A stretch of 64,000 bases of DNA from Ascidiella aspersa (Eukaryota): the NCBI GenBank assembly GCA_963924565.1, contig OZ004613.1, forward strand, positions 8,990,001 through 9,054,000. Reading direction: 5' to 3'. A program made the translations under genes and the position numbers. The notes under the pieces are model-generated. The model saw nothing but the letters and a program-made list of their open reading frames with translations, searched no databases and was not told the DNA's origin. Within the stretch, counting starts at the first letter, position 1. Every line of letters starts with the position of its first letter. This document shows, piece by piece, positions 12,797-25,447 of the stretch.

Positions 12797-13048
12797 CGTC
12801 ATACTACTCTTTCTCCCCTCTTCAACTACTCATGGACGACGAGTAACTCGTGTTTGATGGAATGAACAAACCACTTGATTGATTAGCCAGATAACATTCT
12901 AAACCCGCGTTTATGCAATTTTTTGCGCCGTTTTCCTATTTTTCTATTTGATTTTGTGCAATATTGTTTTCTTTTTTTCCGCTTCAGAATGGCGTAATAC
13001 TTTGCAATGACGTATTTCCTAGGTGTATCTTATTTTTCAAAAACAAAC

Positions 13049-13054
13049 AATAAA
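13049..13054 (+). terminator. Polyadenylation signal of kinase copy 1
   Basis: AATAAA followed by a GT/T-rich tract about 250 nt after the stop; conserved at 33253-33258 and, inverted, at 52171-52176. Confidence 0.6.
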
Positions 13055-15333
13055 ACGTTATTTGTTGTTATTTTGTGTGGTTCATTTTCAACAGCTATGT
13101 GCACAAGGCCTCGGCGTATTGGTATAGGTAGACTTGGTTAAACAGAGCAAACTTTAGACCGCTTTAAAAGTAGAAGTGACTGAATTGTCAGAAGAAAAAC
13201 ATTATGTATATAAGGCTTTTGTTAAAATCGAACACTAACATTTACATTGCAAAAATAGACACACGTTAAAAAATCAACCCTCAAAATCATTGTTTGTAAT
13301 ATCAAAATAGCACACAATAAAATTGCACAATTTGCATTAAAACACACATCGAATTTGAGTACACTAGAAAATGGGTTATGGTTGAAAATATTAGGGAGTA
13401 TGTATTAATGATGTACTTACAGGTTAGGGTTAGGTAAATGTTGTATAGGTCTGATTCTAGCTATTTAGGTCTTACTTTGAACTGCATTGTATTCCGACAT
13501 TATGTTGTTCTTATTTCAGTCTTATGGCTGGAGTTCAAAATTACGTGTTAGAGTGACGAGCAAATTATCTAGCGAATTTAACGTGTGTTTTTAGGAGTGT
13601 TCAGTAGGTGTCCGTCATTTTTGCCTAAAAGAGTAGGTGTCCGTCATTTTTGCCTAAAAACAGGACGTGGACGTTTACAGGACGTCAACTTCTCGTTTTA
13701 CTTATGTTGGTCGCTCGTGGCAGTTTTGCGCATACAAGAACTTATGTCGTTTTGGTATTTAAGAGTAAAACAATTAAGTACAACTGTCGATCAATAGGCT
13801 ATAAAACACATTTTTCGCGCTTTATGCGCAGTTTAGGCCGTTTATAACACATTCTTGTCCGTTTGAAGGAATTTATATGACACAAGGGCGCTAGAAATAC
13901 CTACTATGATAGCTTGCGCCATGTGACATGTAAGCTCAAAGAGTGTAATTTTAGTTAATTAAGCCAGCGTGGATAACAACGGGGCCGCGGGCACTTTTTA
14001 TTGGACCTCGATCTAACTTTTAAGAGGTGATTTTTCATGGATTATTCTGCGACTAATGTCAAACATTGCTGTATTTGCTCTACTGTTACTTTGCTGCTGT
14101 GAGCCTTCCAAATCTGTTCAAACCAAAAAAATAAAAATTTCGTATTTTTTAGTTACAATTGAAACAAAGAGAAATTTTCTTCAAGGATTATTCGACGCGT
14201 TTAAAAATGCTACATCTTTGGTCATTAAAAAAAACGATTAAAACATCTTTGGTCTTTAAAAAATGTTTGGTCAGGTACTAATTTTCGGTTACCCTATAGC
14301 ACTGTTCCGTGTAATGTTTCTTAAATTACTAAAAATGTTTAATGTGGTTAAATTTATTCCGGGCTAAGTTAACTATTTGTTATTTTCAGCACACTAAAAA
14401 AATTTCAAATATTCAGCGGCACACGTACTCATACAAAGTCGAATTTGTTCTGTCTTAATTCATTGAAAAGAAAAAATCTAGTTCCCTTTGTAACCCTTGC
14501 TGGCAACGCGTTATATGTGAGTGGCGTTAGCGCTTAAGTCAAAAAAACTAGGCGAAATACATTTTCCGAGAACATGACTTTGTTGTGGTCGCACTATTCG
14601 AACTTGTGCCCACTATTAATAATCTACATTCTCACTTTGTTTTAATGCCCGAAATTGTCGCCGACACGGCAAGCTGTTTTTTGGTAATGTCAGTGGCTTA
14701 CCAACTTTTTAGTAAGTATTTTTTGTAAATACGGTGCATTGAATTAATGTAAGTGGCGCACTATATCCCAGAAATACAACAAAAAGTCGTACAAAGTTTT
14801 AATATTCACTTTCTAGTAAAAAGTGCAACAGGAATTGTTACAACTTTTAGCCAGAAGTAAGTTTAATCAGCATAAACCTCGTTTAATAACATTGATAAAT
14901 TTTATTGATTTTTTTGTTCGGTGTGCATCTATATTGGTCGTCTTCGTCTCGTTTTAAAATAACATAGTTAAAGGGAGTTTTTTTCGTGGGTTAAATTAAT
15001 AAATTTTTGTAGCATAAGAAGACGAAGTGTCATTGTTGAAGCATGTATAACAAAAACTGATGGGCCACCCCTAAAACTAGATTTTAGTTAACTTAAATTT
15101 TAAAAGTCTTATATTTATACTACTGTGCTTCACAGTTTAAACGTTCCGAATAATTTTCTACCAAAACATACATTTAATTTAGTTCTTTTTTATAATATAT
15201 TGGAAGTAATTAATTAGGAAGGGTATAACATGAATAAAAACGACCGTTAGCTTGTTATCTAAAAACCCAGTCATTATTTAAGCATTGGTAACCTCGGCCG
15301 GCTTTCCGAGGCCCCCAGTGGAATCATCTATAC

Positions 15334-16381
15334 CAGGGGCGTGCAACCTTTTATACTGACGGGCCAAATATGTGTATTCGGATTAGACCACGGGCCACTT
15401 GCATGTCTCGTCGTCTACCTGTTAGTGCAGGGTGGTCGGTAAACTTTTTGTTGCGGCCTAAATTCTTACTCTTTGTAGAGCTACTTAAAGGCCATCAATA
15501 TAAAACCACTACGAAAACAGTGGCGCATTCAGGCTGTAATATAAAACATTATATAAAAAAAGAATAGACTCGCGAAGCGCGAAAAATTTGCGTTTACATA
15601 GAGTTAAAGTTGGCAAAAAATATAGTTTTACAGGCTCCCAATACCACATTTCGCGAGTCTTTCCAAGCTGAGCCAATTTAATACATTATATGCCACACCA
15701 ACTGTTATAATAAAGTGCAATGAATGTACGGCTATTATGCGGCAAACAACTACGGTACATGATAACACCAAGCTATTAAAAAAATAACTCGCGGTCCCCA
15801 GTTGGCCTACGACTGTGTTATAACTACCACAAAAAAAGTGCTCACACACGTACGCTGAACCGAACAATTCCACCTAAAAGCGACAAATTTTCTCAGCTGT
15901 GGAAACTTATTTAGTTTGAGATGTTCGCGGTAAAAAACTACTTTTAAGCTGCGAAGAGAGAAATTTGTTTCTTTTTCTTACAACTCACATGAACATTGAA
16001 ATTGAAAATAAAACAATTTCATTTCAAATGAGCGAAAAAGATCAAACGGACATTTTTAATATGCTTTCTTTACATGGCCATAAGTAGCTATTCGAAAGCA
16101 TTTCAAGATCAAAAAAATTGCAGCCCTCAGTGAAATTCATTTTCACACAAAGTTGTACACTTTGCGCAACAGCATCCAAAACACATTTTGTAGTTTTATT
16201 TTGTTAGCAGGTCACATTCTATTCTAATATGTTAGCAGGCCACATTCTATTCTAATTCTAATAAACTAAAAATTGACATGCTATATACAGTTACCTGAAT
16301 GTTTAGTGGTGCGGGCCAAAAACCTAAGCACACCGCGGGCCACATATTTTGGTTCCGCGGGCCGCAGGTTGCACGCCCCTG
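15334..16381. mobile_element. hAT-type MITE inserted in SDR pseudogene
   Basis: Perfect TIR CAGGGGCGTGCAACCT; TSD ATCTATAC on both sides. A related partial inverted copy ends near 35204. Confidence 0.9.
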
Positions 16382-16741
16382 ATCTATACTTAACAGATTC
16401 GAAATTGGCCTTGTAAAACGAGCGGCGTGGCAGTGGAGTATGAATAACACATGGCGAGACAGCATTGCACCTCACACCGAACCTTGCCACCTCAATGCAC
16501 GTCGTCATCATCTCCACCTTTAGAAGCAGAATAGGTGAGAACGCAAACCTCAGTCTACTCGCCATTCTGGTCAGCGATGTTCGTCTGCTGGATTTTGGTC
16601 CTAATCGAGCTTAAGTCGCTTGAGAAATTCTTTCGTAACAAATACATCCTTTCAGGTTGACGTCCAAAACATTGTTGAATGAATCGATAGTTATGTCAAC
16701 GATCAACTACACCGGCATGACAGCAGCATTATTGATCAGAA

Positions 16742-17625
16742 CAGTGGTTGTCAACCTTTTATGCCTCGTGCCCCCCTTTGAGAGGCTTTTAATCCTCGTG
16801 GCCCTCGATTGTAAAAAAATAGCTAGAACTTGTGGCGGCATCATTCTTTCTTGGGGAATGCTTTTCATCGCGGTGATTTTTAAGTTTTGTTGGTCGTAAT
16901 GACGCAATTGACATCACCACCGAGCAGTGAAGACACTGCGCACAATCATGGCCGTCTAGTCTAATTTTGTGAAGCCAAACAGACGTAACTCTCGCATCAT
17001 TTGCGATTTTTTTTCGATATTTGATTTTTTTTGACATTGAACCTTTTAAAGCTTTGTTTAAAAACGTATTTTCAAGAGTAAACATCTGAAAGCATGTGCA
17101 ATTCAACTATTCTTCGTTCTTTTAAGCTTGTTTTGACCACTTAACATACTTAATTTTGCAACAAAATTTATCAATGAACAACAACAACAAATCTATCTCA
17201 ACGAGCCAGACTGGTAATATCGTAATTTGACGTTTTGTGAAAAAAATGTTCAACTTGCTTGTATTAGTTTTGCTATCATTCTAACTTGCCATTTACAAAC
17301 TAATTGAAATGCTGGTCAAACGTTCCAAAGAAAAACGGAGTAAACGAGAAAAACACAAGTGTTGGCTTTAAGTGACGTAACAATGTTTGGCAATTAGGCG
17401 ACAGACCAAGAATTGCAAGCTTGATGTCGACTGTTGCAAAACTTCTCACGAACAGCAGGACAATAGGCCAAAGAGGGTACTACAAGTTTGAGTTTAACAG
17501 ACAAAATTGAAAATAGTGCCACGGTTTTGCAATACCACGACATTGTTACAGACTTATGCTCGTGGCCCCCCAAAGGCAGTTCCACCGCCCACCAGGGGGC
17601 CGAGGGCCACGGTTGAGAAACCCTG
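16742..17625. mobile_element. hAT-type MITE inserted in SDR pseudogene
   Basis: TIR CAGTGGTTGTCAACC / GGTTGAGAAACCCTG; TSD GATCAGAA/GACCAGAA; subterminal cgtggcccc motifs shared with 45668-46761. Confidence 0.85.
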
Positions 17626-17947
17626 GACCAGAACATTGCAATTCTTTCCGAATTGGTTGTAAACAGCGTTAAAAGCCTTAAACGATGAATTTTCGTCAGT
17701 TGTATGTTGGCAGAAGCGTTTTGAAGGCAGCTACTAAAATCATTGGCCAGAGAAAAAAACCTATACCTTAAATGTAGGCGACTACTAAACAAAACAGATG
17801 AAAAGTTCAGAGCCGTGATATTTTTCTGTTCGGCGTTTTTAGTTTTTACATCTAGACGTTAAACCAAGCGTTTTTTTTAGCTGCAATCGGTTAAAAAACA
17901 TCAAGAAAATGGCCAATTTATAGCTATAACAAGTCGGCTATCTATAC

Positions 17948-20040
17948 CAGGGGTCGGCAAACTTTCGTATACAGTGTGCCAGTTTATGAATAATTTTAAA
18001 ATATCAACAACTTATGGCCAAGCATTTTTCTATGTTTGGTTTTGCAATGGCAACCAGGGCTGCGGAGTCGGTTAACAACAACTCGAGTCCGAGTCAGACT
18101 CTGCAAACCTGTATTTCACCGATTTACGTAACTAAAAGATGGATATTCAGCAATCCACTCATAAGGGTCATAGAAAATATGCCATCACATGCTATTCCAC
18201 CTTAAAAATTTACAGTTTGCGTAAAATGCCCTGCTTTAACGCAGTGAACATTACGCCGATTTTAGGGCATTGTGACGTAATACGAACACTTAGTCGTAAA
18301 CAGCAAGTTTAACCATAGAATACTAATGGAAACATTGTAAGAATTATTACCAAGCTTTAAAAGTATATCCACCAGAGAGCAAATATCAAATTGTTTTTTA
18401 TTTAGAGGCAACTTGGATACCGGGCAGGAAATCCGGATATTCACCAGGTGTCATATGGTGTAAATTGAATAATAATTTGGTGTTCTTTTATCACTTGAAG
18501 TAACAAATAAGAAATTAATTTCTGATAATGGGCCGAAATTAAATAATATAACTATTATAATGATCCCTACTTGGCCAATTAACAAATTGCTAATAATGCA
18601 TCAACGATAAAACAACAATCAAGAGTCAAGACATATTTCATAAATAAATAAAATACAGGGGTTTAACTTCAAGTTGAGACAACATTGAAATAAACTGTTA
18701 TAATAAAGATTTAAATATATGGTTGTTTTTTTCATGTATATTATTTTACATGCCTCTTTCTTATTTTGTTTTCATGTTACTTGTAAACCTGCAGATTGCT
18801 TATTAACCTTTTTAAAAACATTTTTAAAAAACTTTTTACTAAAACTGTGTCTCAAAACCCTTGTAAACAGCATAGCCATAAAAAACAGTCATCGTTTCGC
18901 TATGTTCATAATCACATTTAGCCATTTCACTCAGAGTTTTGTTAAACTTGCTAAAACGACTGCTTGAAAGTATGTCAACTATTGCTTTATCAAAATTAAT
19001 TTTATCAGCTTTTTTGTTGCATTCTATGCGAAAAGTAAAATACATTAAACAATATGAGCACCACTCAGCAGGCATCTTAAGATGGCAATTTTCTTTTTCC
19101 AACCTGAAAAGAAGGCTGAATCCAATGTTCTTTCATTTTCAGGTGCACATAACACTTGAATAATTGGATGCAAGTCTTTGTACTTTTTGGAGACCTTGTG
19201 TATACAGTATCCAGCAACATATACTAACATTTCACTTTCAGCTTTATTTATTGAATAGGATTGTAAAACTGTATCTTCCTCTTTGTTTTTGAAAATTTCA
19301 TTGATTAAATGTAAAAGTTGCTTTGCAGCTTTCAATTATGGTAAATTTAAAAATAACTTGTCAGCGTTACAGCAAAATTTCGGGTTTGTGATATTATACA
19401 ACCCAGCTGCAACCCATCCGTTATTACTTCATAGGCTAGAAGGGAAGCTGAATCTCTCCCGGCAGGGACACTAAACTGATAGTTGCTTCTGGTGTTGGCT
19501 TGATTAGTGGTTGTAATTCCACTTCTTGGTGACATGTTAAAGTTATTAAACTGACAAAATAAACATGGATAGAATTAGAAAAGTTCGTGCATTAACCGAA
19601 ACGCTGAATAAAATACGCAAAAACGCGAAAATAATACGCAGGTCAACAAACGACATAAATACTCTACCTGTAATTGCCGCCGAAACCCGTGATTCGTGAT
19701 TTTAACAAATCGTGTCAGTGTCACTCATGCGTGACGAGACCCAGTGAGCCTTCTATGTAATTAGTATTCTATGGTTTAACGCCCACAAAAAATGTTAATT
19801 ACAACAGTTAAGACACTTGACTAAATTGTGACAGGAACACTGCAGATCGAAGTAGAAATGTGTGCAACCATTTAGTTAGCGCTAGTGTTAGTGATGTAAT
19901 AATAATGTTATTGATGTGATAGTGGTGTAATGGTTTCTTTCTTAAGTTGGTCTAACGTGCGCGTTAAATCATTTGGCGTGCCCTGAAAAATCATCTCGCG
20001 TGCCAGTTTTGGAACGCGTGCCAGGGGTTGCCGACCTCTG
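17948..20040. mobile_element. hAT-type MITE carrying a nested P-like element
   Basis: TIR CAGGGGTCGGCAA / TTGCCGACCTCTG; TSD ATCTATAC/ACCTATAC. Confidence 0.8.
18314..19773 (-). mobile_element. Internally deleted P-element/THAP9-type DNA transposon
   Basis: 14-bp TIR CATAGAATACTAAT / ATTAGTATTCTATG (CAT...ATG ends); 7-bp TSD GTTTAAC; minus-strand remnant LVYVAGYCIHKVSKK (19045-19335), resembling the C-terminal YxAGY segment of P/THAP9 transposases. Confidence 0.75.
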
Positions 20041-20574
20041 ACCTATACAAAAGAAGATAATATTGTAGGGCTGTGGCGTTGTGTATAGTGTTGTAAAGTC
20101 GTAATTTCTACATTACGTCACGTAATGCCATAGCCATAAAACACAAGCAAAACAATAAAATGGGAAATATTGGTAAATGTTGGTGACAAACATTTTGCCA
20201 GAGAAAACCTAAGGGCCTATCCACACAGCGCAAACGCAAGCGCAATGCGCCAGGCTAATTTTTTTTTCTGTGTGGACGCTTGAAAAAATATAATTTGTTA
20301 ATTGGGTATTATTGACTTATAGCAAATTTGCAATTAACATAAGTCGGGTTAGCGTAAACTGCGCCAAAGGCCAGCATATTTGCTATATGTGTAAAGTTTG
20401 TGCTTTCAGGCATTGCGCGTTCTCTCTCAAGAAATGCCTCACCCATGACTTACCTCAGTCAGCATTTTTCGCTTGGCCAAGGATCTGGAACGAAAACAGT
20501 TTAGTTAGGGCAAAGAAAAAAAATATTTCGTCTGTATATTTCTTGGCAATAGGAGTTTATGTTTCAGGTTGAAA

Positions 20575-21348
20575 ATGGCGCAAGTTGGCAGGTTAAACGG
20601 TAAAGTGGCCATTGTCACTGGAGCCGCAGGGGGAATCGGGCAAGCAATTTGCGAAGGCTTTCTGGTCGAAGGCTCCAAAGTAATGATGGTGGGTCGAAAT
20701 CAAGAAAACTTAAAAGCTGTCTACGATAAACTCAATGCCAAATATAAAGGCAATGTGGCGATAATTCGATGCGATGTAGCTGAAGAAAATGCCGCGTCAA
20801 AAGTTTTTTCAGCGGTTAAAAAACAGTTCGGACAGAATTGCAATGTTCTAATAAATAATGCCGGTGTCATGCGTTTGCTACCGATCGTCGAAACAACCCT
20901 GACTTCGTTTAATCAGGTATTGGACATCAACCTGAAGGGTGTCTTCGCATTTACGAAGGAGTTTATTTTGCGACTGGATCTTAGTGGAAACAAGGATGCA
21001 TCAGGAGCAAGTATCGTCAACGTGTCCAGCATAGCAGGAATTCACGGTTTGGATAGCGGCTGCGCCTATGCTGCTTCTAAAGCCGGGGTGTTCGCTTTTA
21101 CAAAGGCGACGTGCATTGAGGTGGCAAGGTTTGGTGTCAGGTGCAATGCTCTCTCGCTAGGTCCAATTGAAACTCCAATGTTGGACGCATTTGGCAGTAC
21201 ATATCTCGAAGCTGCAAAGCCAATGATTCCAATGAGGCGCTTTGGAAAACCGTTCGAAGTTGCTAATGCTTGTTTGTTCCTGGCAAGCGATGAAAGCTCT
21301 TACATTAATGGAGCAACACTGCAAGTATCTGGCGGCGTGATGGCATAA
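20575..21348 (+). CDS. Classical short-chain dehydrogenase/reductase, HSD17B8/FabG (3-oxoacyl reductase)-like, intronless, 257 aa (SDR1)
   Basis: Single ORF from ATG 20575 with TGAAGGIG Rossmann motif, NNAG, catalytic S (VSS) and YAASK, GVRCN, PMRRFGKPFEVA, FLASDESSYING. Acceptor-like tttcag 7 nt before the ATG. Confidence 0.93.
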   Translation: MAQVGRLNGKVAIVTGAAGGIGQAICEGFLVEGSKVMMVGRNQENLKAVYDKLNAKYKGNVAIIRCDVAEENAASKVFSAVKKQFGQNCNVLINNAGVMRLLPIVETTLTSFNQVLDINLKGVFAFTKEFILRLDLSGNKDASGASIVNVSSIAGIHGLDSGCAYAASKAGVFAFTKATCIEVARFGVRCNALSLGPIETPMLDAFGSTYLEAAKPMIPMRRFGKPFEVANACLFLASDESSYINGATLQVSGGVMA

Positions 21349-22264
21349 CAGTGAAAGGCTGTTGCGATATTTTTGGTTCTTGTATAGAAACAACATTGTC
21401 ATGGAGTTTGACCATTATAATAATTTCGTACCCTGTTTTTTTTTGTGGCACTCTATAAGCATACTGCACTGCAGTGTGCGCGCCTTGTGGACGCGTTTCT
21501 CGCGTTAGTATTTCGCTAGCGTCCCAATGGCGCAGTAACTATTGGTTTACGTTGGAATGGTGATTGCATTCCGCGCCCTATATAACCGTGCGTGTTTTTC
21601 GTTCTTTCATACTACTTTACTTCTACGGCCATGAGCAAAAAACCTTCTACGAATACAAAAACATTATTAGAATTAACAATTAACTGTATATGGTATAATT
21701 TGCCGCCGTGGCAAACGTTCAAACTTGCAACGGTAATTGCACATAACAAACTCTTAATAAAATGTTTATCTACACTGCTATTCTCTTGTACCTATTTAGT
21801 TTAATAAAAACATTAGGCAACTATTTTCTACCAAAACTGTAAAAAGGATTTATCTTGAAACAAATATATTTTTTAAATGGTCTGTTCTATTGTTTTGAAA
21901 TAAAAATTTAACCCTAGAATTTACATCATTGTAATGAATAAACCAATTTTAAACATAGGATGTTCCGCAGTAATAAAAGCATTTATGTTTTTATATTTTT
22001 TTAAATGTTGTTTAGGGTTTAAAGTTTAAAAAGCATGAAGAGCAAATTAACTCGCAAAAATATTATTATTTTGTTAACTCGTCAAGATTAAAATTTTGCA
22101 CCAAAACCATTAAATGATGAGAATGCCCACTCAAGTACAAATAATCGACATTTTTTACCCACTTCTGTATGGACGTTGCTATTGCTACTATGCTTCTAAC
22201 TAAAACCTCCAACATTTATGCAACAAAGCATATATTCAATTTCACTTGAGTGGTTTATTTAGAT

Positions 22265-22720
22265 CAGCGGTCGGCAAATTTTCTTTGTCGCGGCCCAAAG
22301 TACTCTTTTTAGAGCTATTAAAGGCCCATTACGTAAAACCACTACGAAAACAGGGGCGGATTCAGGATATTTGATTTTAAGGTGAAATATTGCACTGCGC
22401 GTTTATTCCCAAAACACTGCCATATCATAATGTAAAACATAGTATAAAACGAAGAATATTCGAAAATTTTTGCGTTTAGATGAAGTTAGCAAAAAATATA
22501 GTTCGACACAAGCGACAGGCTCCCACATTTGGCACGTGTGCCTTTTCAAGCAAAGCCAATTTAAAAATTCGTTGCAACGCCAAATTTTAAAATAAAATGC
22601 AATGAATGTAAATCTATCACGCGGCCCACAAAGCAAAAACTACATGATGACACTAAACTAATTAAAATACCTCAGGGCTCACTAAAAATGGCTCTGCGGC
22701 CCACAGTTTATCGACCACTC
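22265..22720. mobile_element. hAT-type MITE, degenerate; right end duplicated near 24530-24649
   Basis: CAGCGGTCGGCAAA ... TTTATCGACCACTC. Left flank ATTTAGAT matches the right flank ATTTAGAA of the duplicated end at 24650. Confidence 0.65.
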
Positions 22721-24259
22721 ATATTTAATGTGATATAATACACAGGAACTGGGAGTAGGAGCTGTGGACCCTATGTATTAGCCATATTTGACAGTCTATA
22801 AAATCATACAAGGATAACATTTAAGAAAATTTTTCCCTATGAAAATAAATGTTTCCTATAAAAATAAAAAACATCCTTAACAGCTGGCGGAAAAGCAGAT
22901 GCTATCTTAAACGATAATAAACTTGATTTGACTAAATGACCCAATAGTCCTATTGCCCACTCGTACGATGGTCGATGACTTACAAAAATTAAATCAAAAT
23001 CGGTTTAATATATTTAACTAAAATAACAGACACCAAATTAACTTCAGACGAAGTTATTTTTTTATTTAGTGCAGTATAGTTGGTAATTAGTTCGGTTGGA
23101 CTTTAGTCTAAAATTAAGCTAGAAGTGTTAAACAAACAAAACACAACACTCTTACCTTATCAAAGCAGACTTGTAGCATTAATCATCAGCAAACTTTATC
23201 ACACAGGTCAGCCATTCCACAAGACAACAAGCTCAACTGAGTTTCTGGTGTGATTGCTTGCGGCTTATTCTGCACCAAACTGATTGCGTTTGCCTCGGCG
23301 CCTTCAATCGTTGTGCTCAACATAAATCAGCCGGTTTAAATGGCCGCTTTCAAAACAACCGGTTCCCTTTTCATGAGGTCTTCATATTACGCAGGAAAAC
23401 GCGGCCGAAATAATGGAGCCGGCCAATTTAGAAGCGGTCATTATAAAGTGTCCGAATGCGTTGCAAGCCGTGATTACGAAACAACAGACCAGACTGCAAT
23501 AAGGATATTTGGTCGAGACAAACTTTAAAAAACAAATCATTCCAACATCTGGCGAGCCAAATTGAAAAGTCTATCGTAATTTTTTCTTTTATTGTTTTCA
23601 GTAACCTCATGGTTGGTGGGGTTAGCGATTTGCTACCTGGGACTTGATTTTCTGTTTATTCAAAAATATGTGATTTGGGACTTAATTGTTTTACAAATTA
23701 CTTGACTTGAACCTTTTGAAAATGACTTGTTTAGAGCACTGCCGAAAACTAATATTAGTATTGCAAAAATTGTCGCACGTTAAAGAAATCATCTGTAGGC
23801 TTTTAATATGAAAAATATTAAACGCTTCACGCTAAAATTGCGTAACTTGCGTAAAACCATATTTATTTTTTAGTATTTTAAACATTTTATGAAGCGCTTG
23901 CTCTGTTGTAAATTTAGTTTTAATTTTTGTCGAAGGGGTGCACTTTAGTGAAAGTGTACTGTAATAAACGGTGACGAGACATTGGAAAACAAATGCAAAC
24001 CAAATACTGCATTTGAAATGTCGTAAAAATGCTTACAGATGGTTGATCGCTTAAAGTTTTTAGAGGAATCTTGTAAAAACAAACAAAACTATCGTAAGAG
24101 TTAGTTACCTTCATAAGTGTTAGCTTTGAAGCGCATATATTAGAACCGTAATGTTTAGATGTATATGGGCAAACTATACAGTGCAATGCCCGTTTCAGAA
24201 AACATTTTCTGTTTGTTTGGGTGAGTTTATTGAGAGAATACACTTACTTTTTTATGTCG

Positions 24260-25040
24260 CAGTCGTATACAAGACATATTAGCTAACACTGTATAAAAGT
24301 AATGCGTTGTAAGTAATGAATGTTTTTTGTTGAACTTTAACATTGTGAACCTTTAATGGGATTCTCTAGTTTTAGTTTAATGTGACCTTCAATTATACAC
24401 CTTTCCAAGTGATTACGCTCTGTATGTTAATTGTCACTCATCGTTTCAATTTTGCTAGTAGCCTATAGAAAGTACACATTTTTTTGGAGGCGATTTTGAC
24501 CAATATACGTTTAAAAAATGTCCAACTTTTTTGCGGCCCACAAGCAACAACTACATGATGACACTAAACTAATTAAAATACCTCAGGGCCCACTAAAAAT
24601 GGCTCTGCGGTCCACATTTGGGCAGCGGCCCACAGTTTGTCGACCACTCATTTAGAATGTGATACAATACAGAGGAACTGGGAGTAGGTGAGTGGACCCT
24701 ATGTATTAGCCATATTTGACAGTCTATAAAATCATACAAGGATAACATTTAAGGAATTTTTTTCCTATGAAAATAATAGGATACAAGACATATTAGCTAA
24801 CACTGTATAAAAGTAATGCGTTGTAAGTAATGTGTTTTGTTGAACTTTAACATTGTGAACCAATTAATGCGATTCTCTAGTTTTAGTTTAATGTGACTTT
24901 CAATTATACAACTTTCAAAGTGTTTAAGCTCTGTATGTTAATTGTCATTCACCGTTTAAATTTCCTAGTATAGAAAGCACACGTTTTTTGGAGGCGATTT
25001 TGATCAATATACGTTTAAAAAATGTCCAACTTTTGCAAAA
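24260..25040 (+). repeat. Local interleaved duplication upstream of kinase copy 2
   Basis: ~24265-24530 is repeated at ~24780-25035; the intervening ~24530-24775 repeats ~22620-22850. Confidence 0.8.
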
Positions 25041-25447
25041 AGTCTGAAATTCATTGGTTTCACCGCTTGGACATATAGGTGGACTGAAAGACCAAATACA
25101 CTTGAAAAAGGCTGAACTGTCAGTATAGCATGAAATTGGACAAAAATTAAATTAAGATATAAATGTAATTCCAAAGTTCAAAGTATTGTGGTAAAAATAT
25201 TTGAGATGTCTTTATATATTTGAGTGCTAGGAAAATCCTAATACCAAACTGTACTTCAAAATGCCGCTTGTTACATCACAGAGTCACAATGGCTGGTTTT
25301 GGCTGATTTTTTAAGTTAAGAATGAGAACTTTTGAGAGGAGAGATAGAAAGACGTGTTTCACAGAGTTGTTGCAAAAGCGATTATTATCAGATTGAAAGC
25401 GATTTTGAGGATTCTGCTGTATTTCAGTGCCACCTGGTTCGATAAAA

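Larger units (their letters stand above)
15283..17700 (-). pseudogene. SDR pseudogene (module 1), split by two MITE insertions
   Basis: Minus-strand remnants: NQFGKNCNVL (~17630-17660), INNAAVMPV (16707-16740), YSASKGG..TTCIEVARFGVRCNAVS (16455-16535), GKPAEVTNA (~15283-15325). Contains frameshifts and is interrupted at 15334-16381 and 16742-17625. Confidence 0.8.

Noticed and set aside
13420-13436. GGTTAGGGTTAGG telomere-like motif
   Set aside because: Only two units; too short to call an interstitial telomeric repeat.
13602-13659. Short direct repeats (also ~11449-11516, ~16202-16257, ~34480-34519)
   Set aside because: Two-copy slippage duplications without spacers or structure.
23150-23560. 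Moderately GC-rich stretch with a minus-strand AG|GTAAG
   Set aside because: The frames I checked contain stops and no recognisable motif; possibly decayed transposon DNA.
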